From Octopus vulgaris (Eukaryota), in the NCBI GenBank assembly GCA_951406725.2, contig OX597827.1:5518001-5582000 (forward strand): a stretch of DNA of 64,000 nt, given 5' to 3'. The position numbers and the translations under genes were made by a program. A model generated the notes under the pieces. The model did no database searches. It saw only the letters and a program-made list of their open reading frames with translations, and had not been told where the DNA came from. Of the stretch, positions 25,460 through 38,912 are shown in pieces. Numbering within the stretch: the stretch's first letter is position 1; each line of letters starts with the position of its first letter.

Positions 25460-25859
25460 GTGTGTGTGTGTGTGTGTGAATGTGTTTGTGTATCTGTGTT
25501 TGTCCCCCTAGCATTGCTTGACAACCGATGCTGGTGTGTTTATGTCCCCGTTACTTAGCAGTTCGGCAAAAGAGACCGATAGAATAAGTACTGGGCTTAC
25601 AAAGAATAAGTCCTGGGGTCGATTTGCTCGACTAAAAGGCAGTGCTCCAGCATGGCCGCAGTCAAATGACTGAAACGAGTAAAGAGTATATAGATAGATA
25701 GATAGATAGATAGATATAGATATAAATATATATGTACATATATATATGTGTGTGTATGTGTGTGTGTGTGCATATGTGTGTATACAATTATGTGAGTGTG
25801 TGTGTGTTTCTATATGTATGAATATATAGGGACATCCACAGGCCAAATCTGGGGCTGAT

Positions 25860-27645
25860 GCAAAGTCCCTTCCAGACCTACGGTAACATAGTGGTGGAAC
25901 AATGCTGTAGACAGGGCCATTAGAGCAAAAAAAAAAAAAAAACAGGCCTGGAAGAATGGGGGCAGCAAGGAACTGTATCAGATAGCCAGAAGGGAAGCTA
26001 GGAGATAGGTATATCTAGCCAAGGGAGAAGCAGAAAAGTAGAAGTTTACCTATGTTCAATGATGTGAGGACTAAAGAACTGAAGTGTTTCGGATTACAAG
26101 ACTGTGATGTAGCCTGCGCTCTTAACCCCTACGCCATATGCCCATGGGCATGACTTGAGAGAAAAACGGATTACAAGAAAAGTCAGATGTTGTATGCACG
26201 AGAGAAAACCACACTGATATTGATATGTGATGCATATGGAAGATGAGAGTTTGGTAAAGAAGTGGTTAGAGATCCAAGTGGAAGACCAAAGAAGACATGG
26301 ACATAACTGAGGGAAGTGGATCTCAAAGAAATGGAATTACAAGATTGTGATGTCATAGGAGAGAAATGTGTCCACATGGATGATGGTGCACTTTCATTTA
26401 ATGATTCTCCAAAGAAAGGGGTTTGGTAATGCCTTTATGAAAGACTGTTGAACGTGGAGAATGAGTGGGAGGATGAGAGTCTGCCAAATGTTGACCCAAT
26501 TCACAGACCAGCTACTCAAATTGTCAATACCTTGGTAGATAAAGCAATTAAGGCTATGAAGAGAGGGAAAGCCCCTGCCCCTTCGGGAACTACCACTGAG
26601 ATACTTAAAATATTTGGCTGTGTACGTAATAGTCGAGTTATCCATATTGTAAATCAGGTGGTTCCCGAAGGAGTCACACCCAATGACTGGTGTAGCAGCA
26701 CCATAGTGAAGTGCTACAAAGGTAAAGGTGACACCTTAGATAGAAATAACTACAGAGGTATCAAATTGCTGGACCAGGTGATGAAAGTTATGGATGTAGG
26801 AAGAGAGTTAGTCGAGATGAGATGCTGTTTGGTTTTTGTGCCTGATAGAAGCACCACTGATGCCATATTTCTGGTAAGGCAGCTTCGGGAGAAATACCTA
26901 GTCAAAGTTAAACCTCCGTACTTGGTTGGCTTTTATTGACTTGGAGAAAGCCTTTAACAGGGTCTCCTGATCCCTTATCTGGTGGTCAATGTGGAAACTA
27001 GTGATAGACAAGTGGTTGGTTAAAAGCATACGAACCTTGTAGAGGGACATTATCAGGAAGGTGAAGGTTGGGAATGAGTACAGCACAGAATTCAGGATAC
27101 AAGTAGGGGTTCACCAAGGATTGGTCCTCAGCCCCCTCTTGTTCATCATAGTCCCCCCCAGCAATAACTGAGGAATCTAAGACAGGCTTCCCCTGGGAGC
27201 TTCTCTATGCTAATGAACTTGCTCTTATAGCTGAATCACTACCAGAACTAGAGAAGAAGTTCCAGGTTTGGAAGCCAGGTCTAGATTCAAAGGGCTTTAG
27301 AGTTAACCTAGCGAAAACCAAAGTCTTAGTAAGTAGAAAGGCAGACAAATCACAAATCCCTGCCCGAGCTGTGATAAAGCTGTAGGTAGAAACTCCATAA
27401 GATGCACCCGGTGTAAGCTTTGGGCACATAAAAGGTGCAGCAATATCAGAGGAAGGTTAACAGGGAAAATAGCTTTTGCATGTGGATGATGCACAAGTAC
27501 AATAAACACTGAAAATCTACAGAAAATAAATTCCGTAAACTACCATGGGGGCAAGCTAGAAGTGGTAGATAGCTTCCATTATCTAGGTGACCAAGTTAGT
27601 AGTGGAGGTGGATGCTTCAAGAGTGTAACTGTGAGAATAAGATTA
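25860..27645 (+). mobile_element. Degenerate RTE-clade LINE (reverse transcriptase region)
   Basis: GKAPAPSG, DW..STIVKCYKGKGDTLDRNNYRGIKLL, STTDAIFLVRQLREKY, DLEKAF, GVHQG..LSPLLF, LLYANELAL (decayed YADD), CTRCKLWAHKRCS, VDSFHYLG; several frameshifts and stops. Confidence 0.9.
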
Positions 27646-27682
27646 TGGACAACAAACGTTAAATGATGATGATGATGATGAT

Positions 27683-27714
<32 letters not shown>

Positions 27715-27719
<5 letters not shown>

Positions 27720-27757
27720 CTGATGAAACTACAGGAGTAGTTGAAAGTGCTAATATG
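27715..27757 (+). ncRNA. Hammerhead ribozyme motif with intact catalytic core
   Basis: CTGATGA (27720-26), AACTAC-AGGA-GTAGTT 6-bp stem II, GAAA, near-palindromic AGTGCT then A; stem I weak because it abuts a (TA)n tract. Confidence 0.6.
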
Positions 27758-27844
27758 AAGTAATAATATGATATGTAAATAAATATATTTTTTTACAACC
27801 ATCCAGCATTCTGAACATCTCTTTTCTTTCATATATATATATAG

Positions 27845-28052
27845 TTAATCCAAACAAGAAAGCACAAAAAAACACAACAACGCAAGGACGTGGAACAAAT
27901 ATAGTATTATTGGACGCTCAGGAAAGAAGGAAAGAAGGAGGGTTTAACGTTTCGAGCGGAGCTCTTCGTCGGAAACATAGGAGAAGGAAAGATCCAGAGA
28001 AGGGAAGACAGAGGAAAAAAAATCGCCAACGGTACACATGCGGTCACATTTT
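27845..28052 (-). mobile_element. Second copy of the 950-1143 pseudo-LTR, hammerhead-like motif at 27942-27976
   Basis: GUUU-CCGACGA-A-GAGC-UCC-GCUC-GAAA-CGUU/AAAC; (TA)n on both sides. Confidence 0.65.
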
Positions 28053-28575
28053 GAAAATATATATATATAAAACCACAAGTACCACAAAATTATTCAATAT
28101 CTATCTTTTTGGTTATAATATTTTTCTTGATAACTGCCGTATATTTTATAACTATTGATGAACAATATAAAATTAAGTATTAGTAACTGGTTAATGATTC
28201 AAATTTGGCTTAGGTCTTACAATAAAAAAAAAAATCAATAAAAAGATTTAAGAAATTAAACTAGTTTGTAATGATGTATTTGAGAATGAATTCTGTAATT
28301 TTGCATTTTATATGCTTTGAATTGTTTAATAATGTATTTTGAAAAAGCTTTGAATGTAAAAATGAACTTTAAAATACATAATCTTGAAAAGATTTTATTG
28401 TAGTATTATATTTTAGATTTGATATATTTTAAAATATGTTATAACATATTTTAAAATATTTTGTTTGTGATAATCTGTTTTAGAATACTTATTGTGTTTT
28501 GAAATTATTTGATTCTAATTATGTACTTTGGAATTAATTAACTGCAATGTAAAAGGAATAGTACAAGTTCTTTTA

Positions 28576-28623
<48 letters not shown>

Positions 28624-28725
28624 TCCATACGTTCTACTTTGTATGATATATTTTAAAAATTATATGTCTACCTACATACGTACATACATACACATGTATG
28701 TGTATAAATAAATAAATAAATATAT

Positions 28726-28782
<57 letters not shown>

Positions 28783-28922
28783 TATAATGCAGACATGTAA
28801 ATAATTTATTTATCGTTAAATTTGATGTTATTTGCATGTTTTTGAGTTATAAAAGAAATTTGTCATGATATTTAGATTTTTCTTTTCTTAAATGAAAGTG
28901 CATTTAAATATTTCTCTTTTAT

Positions 28923-29054
<132 letters not shown>

Positions 29055-29860
29055 GAGTGGTATGTAAATGCCTTAAAACAACTGTATTTTAGGAAGATCA
29101 GGTTTCCAGCTAAAACACATACACACAGTGGTTGCATTTTATTTCAGTTTTATTATCAATTAATTAGATAATTAGTTAATGAACAAGTGTATCAAATTAA
29201 TCAATTGTTAAAGTTCATTCAACATAGCCTGTGGCATTACCAACAATCATATGTTTTTTTTTGTTGTTTTTTGTTGTTTTTTGTTGTTTTTTTCTCTGTG
29301 ATCACACTCATTCTGTGCTCTTTTACCATATTTCTTTTGGTCAGTTATGTGTTACTATATAGTTACATTCAGTGCATATCTGTTGAAATGTGTTGGTGTG
29401 TGTGTGTGTCTGTGTGTGTGTGTGTGTGTTGTATGATTTTTTAATTGGAGCGACTATGCTGTCTGTGCTTTTTATTTGATGGTGAATGTTAATGTTTTTG
29501 TGGGAGGGGGTGTATCTAGGTTGAAATTGTGTTTTTGATATTGCGTATTTTGGACTTCGTTACGCATACATAAATTTGTACATGTACGTGTCTGTGTGTA
29601 TGTGTTTCTGAGTGTGTGTATTTGCTGTTGTTCTTGTTATTGTGGTTGTTGTGACTTCATTTTGTTTATGGTTTGCCATCCATTTAAATTGATAATCAAA
29701 CTCACTGTTTTATCGCAAGTATTGAAGTATATCACTGAAATTCATACATACATGCACATAGCATCGATGCATTTATATGCATATATATATAAGTATGAAT
29801 GCATGTAAAATTTGTGTTGACTGAAACTTTAAGTTCTGCCTGATGGTTTATTCAACCAGG

Positions 29861-29901
<41 letters not shown>

Positions 29902-30973
29902 TGTGTGTGTATGTGTGTGTGTGTGTGTGTGTATAAAAATGTTTTCAAGTCAATTTGATGTCTGAAATGATATTCAGCAGTTCAGGAAAATCATATCCCA
30001 CAAAGTGACCCAATCAATCCAGAATAAGTTACAGCTTTCATTTGTCAACTATGCTTCAAACTATGCATTTGTGTATCAAGATTGAATAGTCATCTGAAAT
30101 GTCATGGACGGAAAGTCTGAAATGCCATTGATAATCAGGAAGCACAAAGAGTTGGCTATCATTTATGAAGACAGAGAAATCACTATGTATATATGTATAA
30201 TAGGTTAGTTCCTTATTTTGTATTTTGCATGTTTGTTGTAGGTGTGCAAAGGTGGTGGTCTAAAAATCATAAGTGAAATGTAATAAAGATGAAATTGGAT
30301 TCTGTCAATATTTCTGCATATTCAGAATCTCTGTTAAAGGTAGGAATCCGAAAAATTTTTTTCACAAAAATTCGTTTTTCAAAGAGGTGCGATTCTGCAT
30401 TAGCTCCTATACCTATTGGTTGAGCCGAATCAATTTGAAATGATTTAATTAAAAGAACACTTTTAATTACATTATATGGCCATGGTTTTAGATCGTGACG
30501 CTCTCGAAGACAAGTCAGGTGCTTTATCATGCTAATGGTCAATTCCGGGAAAATTATTGACTGTTCTGAGACTTACTGATCTCCGTACATTAAAAGACTA
30601 CGTCTCACGCACACACATTGAAAATACACGCATATACATGAATACACACACAATGAAAGACAGCGAAAATTCAACATTGTAAAAAGCCTCCCAAAACTGT
30701 TGTGGCAGAAGTCAACATCTCTGAGATTGAAACAAGACACTTATTGAAAGTGAAACAAAACACTTATTTACGGCCGTAAATAGACTACACCCAGCAGCAC
30801 AGAAAGGGAAATCTATGTAGGTTAGGTTTCACGAAGAAATCGAAACATTTCTCCTGCGAAACAATACTGATGTAAGAAGGTCGAACCTTACGTTATAACA
30901 AACACTAAGCAAAACCTGTAATATATGCTCTTTAATATATTAATTTTTTTAATGTTTTAAAATGTTATTTACT

Positions 30974-32425
30974 TCATTTATAAATTAATTCAATTCTTCG
31001 ATCTTTCTGGGCAAATATATCTATCACATTTTCATAGAAATCTTCTCTTTTCATCAATTCTTGTAATAAATCTTTTTCAATTGACATTAGTGCTAACCCA
31101 GACCATCTTCTTTCTCCTGTCGCATTTCTTTGGTATGTTTTAATTCTACTTAATGCAGAAAAGGATCGCTCTACAGAAGCAGTGGTAGAAGGAATTGTCA
31201 AAATCAACTTGCACAGATTGAAGAGTTCTGGCATAGCTTCAACAAGATCAGTGCTGTTAATGTAACTCATTAAATGACTTACACTTGGTTTTTTTAAAAT
31301 CTTTCATTGAATACATCACATTGAGCTCACTTTGTAATCGTATTACATCAAAAAATCTGCCATAAGTTGTTCTTAAAGAATCTAAAGAGTCCACAGGAAA
31401 TTGTTTGCAATACTCATCAACTTTGTTGAAATTCAAAAGTTCCATGAATTTAAACTCTTCTAAGGATGAATATCGTGCTTTTTTTTGGTCAACTATTGTA
31501 CTGATAATTTTGTTATAAAGCATTCTATAATGTCGTTGGGGATCAATAGATATATTCTTGGATCTCTGAATTCCAATTCCTGCATCGACTCCATATTTTT
31601 CCCCTAACCTATCATAAAAGATTGAATAATTATCAAGTTTGTTTTCGAGTACAGTTCTAGTTTTATCTATTTGCTCTTTACAATACACTATGTCATGACT
31701 TTTACTCTGGAGGATGTTAAATAAGACGTCAGTAAAAGAAAAAATGTCACTGAATACTTCTAACAAATATAAGAAATCAGGAGCTTTTAAAGTGTGTAAG
31801 AATCCAATTGCTGAATTTATGGTGGTCTCATCCCATGCTTCAGGATTTTCAATGATGTGTTCAAAAAGGCTAATTATGAAATCATAATTTTCCTTTGTAG
31901 TAATAATAAGACGTGAGGAGTAATTCCATCTAGTTGCTGTTGCTTTCGGAAATCTTTTTTTAACAATGTTATCTAATGCATTAGTCCTTTTCGGTGATTT
32001 CATTAAAAATGTACCGAGTCCGTTTATCGTAGAAAAAATATCTTGCATTCTTTCATAGCAGGGCATGATTGTGAAAGAACTAAATTTAGGATATGGGCAC
32101 AACAATGAATAAAGATCACACATTCATATTTCTTTCTTACTTTTGCCTGTAACCCATTTAGTTGTCCTGCCATTGTAGTGGCACCATCATATGTCTGCGC
32201 AATCAATTTGTTTCCACATTCCCACGTCTCAATGCTTTTAAAAACATGTTCAGATAAAGCATTTGCAGATCGATCTGCACTAACATCACTAAAACCGATA
32301 AATCGTTCTTTCGTCACACAGTCTTCTGTAACATAACGTAAAACTGTTGCCAGTTGTGAAGATGCTGAGACATCAGATGTTTCATCAACAAGACTAGGAA
32401 CAAACTTAGCTTGCTCAATTTCCAC
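30974..32425 (-). pseudogene. hAT-superfamily transposase remnant (DUF4371/ZMYM1-like with C-terminal dimerisation domain), two frameshifts, N-terminus missing
   Basis: Three overlapping ORFs give VDETSDVS, YDGATTMAG, IHCCAHILNL (CxxH), ATRWNYS and LTIPSTTASVERSFSALSRIKT. Confidence 0.9.
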
Positions 32426-32536
32426 CGTGACCGACCAGACTATCAGATGTTGCTACACATCGCTGGTCACAATGCGCTTTGCATTGTTTTAGCCTTCAAA
32501 TGTTGCCACCCCGCTGGCTAAGCGACCAGACCAATA

Positions 32537-32592
<56 letters not shown>

Positions 32593-32728
32593 TCTGAGTT
32601 TGTATGGTTGTGTGTAGAAGAATATATTAATCCATGAAATTCCAACCTAGTCTGATTTTCACATTTTATTGTTTACAACCTTTACAATTTTACAATATTA
32701 TAATAATAGAATATTATATATTTATTCT

Positions 32729-32772
32729 GATAAAGTTAGTACTTTCATGCCTGATACAATCATCAGGTTTAT
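32729..32772 (-). ncRNA. Hammerhead-like motif
   Basis: CUGAUGA-UUGUAUCAGGCAU-GAAA-GUAC-UA with a perfect AGUACU palindrome; stems I and II are weak. Confidence 0.45.
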
Positions 32773-32824
32773 GGTTTAGCAGTGATAGTCGTATTCCACA
32801 AGTATATATGTAAATATATATATA

Positions 32825-33015
32825 AAGGGAAAGTTTACGAAAATAAACAAAAGATGAAGGCAGGTGGAGTACAAACAAACAAATAGTATAGCGCTCAGGA
32901 ATAGAAATAGAAAAAGTCTTTTACATTTCGAGCCTACGCTCTTTGACAGAAAGATACACAGAAAAAAACAAGGAGAGAAAAAAATGCGTGTAGGAGCTAA
33001 CGATCTATCATGGCG
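32825..33015 (-). mobile_element. Solo pseudo-LTR of the Penelope family at 2160-3981, decayed hammerhead at 32917-32954
   Basis: Colinear with 2160-2370; motif UCUUU-CUGUCAA-AGAGC-GUAG-GCUC-GAAA-UGUA/AAAGA; (TA)n flanks. Confidence 0.7.
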
Positions 33016-34273
33016 TACTATATATATATATATATATATACAGTTGCGGCCAAAATGTTCAGAACGGCATTGTTTTCGTCAGAAAAGTAAATATAAGTTT
33101 TTATCAAAGTAGTTCTATATTCTATAATTTTCACAGACAATAAATACAATATTAATTGTTATTGTCTGAGATTTTAGTGTAATTTGAGAGGATGATACAA
33201 AAGTTATGGATGATTTAGTGATTTACTGCAAAACCCATGGCGAAAGGATGAAAGGCAAAGTCGACCTCAGTGGAATTTGAACTCAGAACGTAACGGCAAA
33301 CGAAATACCGCTAAGCATTTTGCCCGGCGTGCTAACATTTCTGCCAGCTCACCGCCTTCTGAGCAGTTTCTATCACTCATAAGACATTGGTCAGCCTGAG
33401 ACTATAGTGGAAGACAATTGAGCAGGGTTACACACAGTGGACTGGAACCAAAAACCATGCAGTTACAAAAGGAAATTTCATTACTACATGGCCATTTTGC
33501 ATGTATAATTGTGTGTGTGTGTGCATGTGTGTGAGTGTGTGCATGTGTATACACACAATTCAGTATTCACAAAACAAAATCTAAATAGGAGCCAAGTATA
33601 GGGCAAATAATGGTAAGTAAAGTTTTATTAGTTTTAGTTTTAAAAAAACACAAACTATGCTTTCACTTTGTTACAGGGTTTTCCAGAAACTGATAATATT
33701 TTAAATCACAGCATAAATTATGTCAGACACAGCATAAATTATGTCAGGCAATTCGAAGCATACAAAGCAAATTTCAATACAATACAGTTAGTTAAGAAGG
33801 ATGGAGTGACCACATGAATTTCCATGAAAAATTACATCCATTGAAAATAAAGAGTGAAGAAAGCATCAATTGATAGAGAAAAGAAGAATCACAGACTGAA
33901 GCACGTTACGTCATTGTCATCATCTACAGAGAATTGTATATACAAAACCACTCAGAAAGATAATAATTACAGGTAAATAAAATAAGTGGAAAATAAATAT
34001 CCAGGTAAATTAATTACATAATGATTATAGTTTTTACATAGGCATGAGGCCACTTAGTTACAAATCCTTTGATGAAACGAAGCAAATATACACCTGTTGG
34101 AGTTGGCATTTTGCTAAAATATATTAATTACTTTGCTGATTTGTATTGAGTTGTTTATGTAGTTTTGCAAACAGTCCATTTTCTTATCAAACAAAGAGGA
34201 ATTAATAAGGGATTAGTAATCCAGGTGAAATAAGCCATTTTTCTGCGTATCATATTTGTGTATATGTATAGAC

Positions 34274-34320
<47 letters not shown>

Positions 34321-34613
34321 TACACATACACACACACACACACATGCACGTACATATTCAGCAATGAATAGCTGGTAATGACATGTTGAAACAATTGTTC
34401 TGATATGCTACAAAACATGTTCAATCCATCTGCTCTTATGAATATTTTTTGTTGTATAAACTGTATGGATGTTTACAGATTTCCTCATGCATATCCAGTG
34501 ACAGAAAATATCCGACTGTAACACGGCAATAGCATTTGGTACCTGATACGCACAGTCATTTTTCTTCTTACTCAGAATTTATATATGTATATATATATGT
34601 ATATATATGTATA

Positions 34614-34688
<75 letters not shown>

Positions 34689-34691
34689 GTC

Positions 34692-34740
<49 letters not shown>

Positions 34741-35059
34741 GTATATATATATATATATCTTTATATGTATTTATATATATATATGTATATATATATATGT
34801 ATAGTTATACACATATATATATATGCATATATACATACATATATACATACATGCACTATCACATACACACACACATGTATATGTATATATAAATGCAATA
34901 TTATACATATTTACAATACAGCATAGATAAAGACTTAAATAAATTTAAATATCACAGAATGTCATTAAGTGAAAATGAAAACTTCTTATTCTCCTAAAAC
35001 AATATATTTACTGTCTTATTCATTTCACAATTAGACTTTATAATATTTAAGTTTATTGT

Positions 35060-35408
35060 AGTTCCATTTCGGAGACCCCCTTCTGTCACGACACAGATCA
35101 TGGGATTGCACCTAGAAAGTTACCCTCCTAGACACAAGTCCGGGCGAGGTTGTTTATGGAAGACCAGCAGTTGCCCATGCATACCGGCCTCCCCTCTCCA
35201 CGCCACCAGTGTTATCCAAGGAAAAGACAAAGGTCGATACAGCTTGGCACCAGTGACGTCGCAACTCATTTCTACAGCTGAGTGAACTGGAGCAACGTGA
35301 AATAAAGTGCCTTGCTCAAGAACACAACACGCAGCCCGGTCCGGGATTCGAGCTCACAACCTCACGATCGTAAGCTCGACGCTCTAACCACTGAGCCATG
35401 CGCCTTCC
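35060..35408 (-). mobile_element. SINE family E (tRNA head, TTCTTGAGCAAGGCACTT box)
   Basis: TGGCTCAGTGG and GAGCTCGAATCC boxes; diverged copies at about 8730-8955 and 54690-54870. Confidence 0.8.
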
Positions 35409-36191
35409 ATTTATTCACAGTGTATTGTACATAAATAAATATTGTATCATTAATGGCAAGTATTAAAGGCACAAGTATACAAAATAGGTTATCTGTATGA
35501 TGTTTGCTTAAATCATGACTGCTTCATAGGTAACTGGTCGATGCTATTGATTGGGAAAATAAGGTGGTTACAGTTTCACTGTGGAACAGTCAGAAAGTCA
35601 TGTGATGGTCTGTCAGGAGACTCTCTCCATCTCTTTTCCCCTCCCATCGCTAGTACAGAAAGAATATGTTTACGTCTTTATTTAACTCACAGTACTGCTT
35701 TTAAATTTCTGAATACATACATACATACATACGTACATACATGCATGCAGACATACATATATATATATGATTCCCAACAATTCAACTTCTCTGGTTGACT
35801 TTAAGAACCCCATCCCTAATAGGGGCCTTAGCTCCCACATTTTAGAGCTCCATGAGTTTCATTTTAAAGGAGCAAAATCCTTTGAATAGGTTTTATAAGA
35901 TTTGGATTTTGGAATCTGGGTATAAAGATATGTAGTATAGGATAAATACGTCATGATTAGAATTTTTGCTAGAATGTGTAAAGAGGGAAAGAACCCTCAT
36001 TAAAATTCTTAATCTCCACTTTTGATGAAATTTGAATCATAGTGGCAAACTCATTAGAGAAAATATAAAAGAAAAGTCTAATTCTTCAATTCCATGTGAC
36101 ACAGGCAATGCTGGATATCTCTGCTAGTATATATATATATATATACATCTGCTAGTATATATATATATATATATATATATACATCTGCTAG

Positions 36192-36233
<42 letters not shown>

Positions 36234-36514
36234 TACATGCACACATATGTACATATATATTACTGCATCACTGCCTTGACCAGACCATTGGATGCTGCTA
36301 CACACACACTGGTCAAAATGCACCATACCTCTGGGAATTGAAACCATGATCTTGCAGAGTGCAGCACATTAATCAGACACACCCACACATGCACATACAC
36401 ATGCAAGCTTACAGCAACAAAGCAATGGGTTGTACACAATGTTTTGAGTGGCACAGGTGCCTGAAAAGTAGAAGTACATCCATTTGAAGACAATGTGCAA
36501 TCTGGAAGACCTGC

Positions 36515-37035
36515 CATGTGCATCACCTCCAGGAATATGGAGAAAATTCATTAGCTTGTATATGAGGATCGTCAGAGGACAACGAACAATATTTAGAAGC
36601 ATTTGAAGGAGGACATTCAATGAAAGTGACCGGATCAGTGGAGCATGAAGAATTGGATTCTTCATGACAATGCACCCTGACACTGAGCTCTCCTCACTCA
36701 TGAATTCCTCTCCAAAAACAACATGGTATCACCTCTGCACCTGCCCCATTCACCAGATTTAGCACCTGCAGGCTTCCATGTCTTCCCAAGATGAAAATGC
36801 AGCTCAAAGGTTGCTGTTTTAACACTGTTGTTGAGATCCAGTGTGAATTGGAGAAGGCCCTCGACTTGCTTATGGAAGACAACTTCCAGGCCAGATTCCA
36901 AAAGTGGCAGGGACACTGGAGCCTGTGTATTGCTGTGCAAGGTGACTATTTCAAAGGAGATGATGTTAAAACTCAGATAAATTGATCATATTTTATTAAA
37001 CATAACTAGTCCAGGAACTTTTTGATACCACCTCA
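36515..37035 (+). mobile_element. Tc1/mariner transposase 3' remnant with right terminal repeat
   Basis: LHDNAP, PHSPDLAPAGF (decayed YSPDLAPxD), W..CIAVQGDYFKGD; ends GTCCAGGAACTTTTTGATACCACCTCA followed by TA. Confidence 0.85.
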
Positions 37036-38109
37036 TACATATATTACACCAGCATGAGCCCTCAGTTGGGAGGTCCTTCTCTTGAGGGCTTGTGGGTGTT
37101 GGTGTCACTTAAAAGTGCCTGTGCCGGTGTCACATAACAGCAACCATGCCAGTGGCATGTAAAAGCACCTGTACCAGTTTTACATAAAAGCGCCCATGCT
37201 GGTGCCACATAAAAAGCACCCAGTGCATTCTGTGAAGTGGTTGATATTAGGAAGATCAACCAGCTGTAGAAATCATGCCGAAACAGACAATTGGAATCTG
37301 AGCAGCTCCCCAGTTGGCTAGCTCCTGTCAAACCTTCCCACCCATGCCAGTAGGGGAAGCAGGCATTTTATTGTGGATGATATATCACAATGTTATCTTA
37401 TATAATTCTTTAACTTATTATCTTGCTGCATGTTTCCTCATAATATAATTAAATACATGAAACTTATAAAGAATTTAAATTCAACAGATTTGTACAAGAA
37501 AGACATTTTAAACCTACTTTATAAATATATCACAAGCATCTCCATACATTCATAACTAACCTCAATGACAAAGGAAAGAAACAAAAACAAAAAATCGTTT
37601 CGAGAATAAATGAAACTCACAAATTTATAGACAAACAGAGAAATTGAACATAAAAGTGACTAATAGCAATTTATGTCGATAAGTTAAACAATAGACCCGT
37701 ATGTTTGACAGTTTAACAATAGATAAACAAATAGAGAAAAATGAAATTAAAGTCAAATGAATAATAAAATAAATAAAAGAAAGACATCTAATAACTCACC
37801 AATGACTAATACTCATAACTAATATTCAAACAGTTGCAGTGGAATGATGCCAATGACCAAAATTTTAACATCATAGGAAGTCAGAAGTTAGATGAATATC
37901 ACAGGTATTGTATGGACTAAAATGGCTCTTCTATGAAGTAATTCCTCTAACTGCCTGTCTGCCTGTCTATATCATCATTACCACCACCAACACCACCTCC
38001 ACCAACACTACTTCCACCAACATGAGCTCCACCAACACCAACACCTGTTTTTGGGAAGACTCACCCAGCTCAGAGAAACTAAGTTCTGGGAGTGGTGTGT
38101 GTGTGTGTG

Positions 38110-38167
<58 letters not shown>

Positions 38168-38189
38168 ACAAAGTGTATGTACGCCACTA

Positions 38190-38500
38190 TATATGTAAAT
38201 TACAAAATGGGACAAGAACGCAAAACATCCGGACAGTTAGGTAATAAAAAAGGGACAACAAAACATCCAGATAGACGATACAAAAAAAACAAGGACGGGT
38301 CATTCAAAGCTTTCTATCCTCAGTCAAGAACCGGATCATCCTTGCAATTTCAGCTGATTAATATTGAGATTGCTCCAATGTGGCCAGCCCCAAGGAAAGA
38401 CTAAGCTAAGAGCATTAGATTCCTTGGAAGAAAGCATCGAATGTATACGAAAACAAGGATGGAAATACAGACGATGTTACACAAATATGAATTCAAAATA
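38190..38500. mobile_element. TA-adjacent dispersed repeat, possibly another Penelope pseudo-LTR; partial copy at 44165-44286
   Basis: Shared blocks GGGACAAGAACG, AGACGATACAAAAAA and CAGTCAAGAACCGGATCATCC in both copies. Confidence 0.4.
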
Positions 38501-38866
38501 TAATATCTCTGCCGTAAGGCTTCATTTCCACACACGCCAGTTAATTCAATTCATCCCCAGTCGAAAGACACCTGTTGTTATGTCCTGTTATTATTGTTAT
38601 TGTTATTTTTATTGTACTTTTACTGTGTGACATGTTAATGATTCTGCTTGGTGGTGAGTTGGCAAAATCATTGGCTCACTGAAGAATATGCTTAACTGTG
38701 TTTTGTCTGTCTTCACATTCTTTGTTCAAATTCCACTGAGGTCAACTTTGCCTTACATCATTTTGGGGTCAAGAAAATAAATACCAGTCGAACACTGGGG
38801 TTAATGCAATCAACTCGTCCCCTCTCCACAAATTTCAGACTTTGTTACCATAGTAGAAAGGACCAC

Positions 38867-38912
<46 letters not shown>

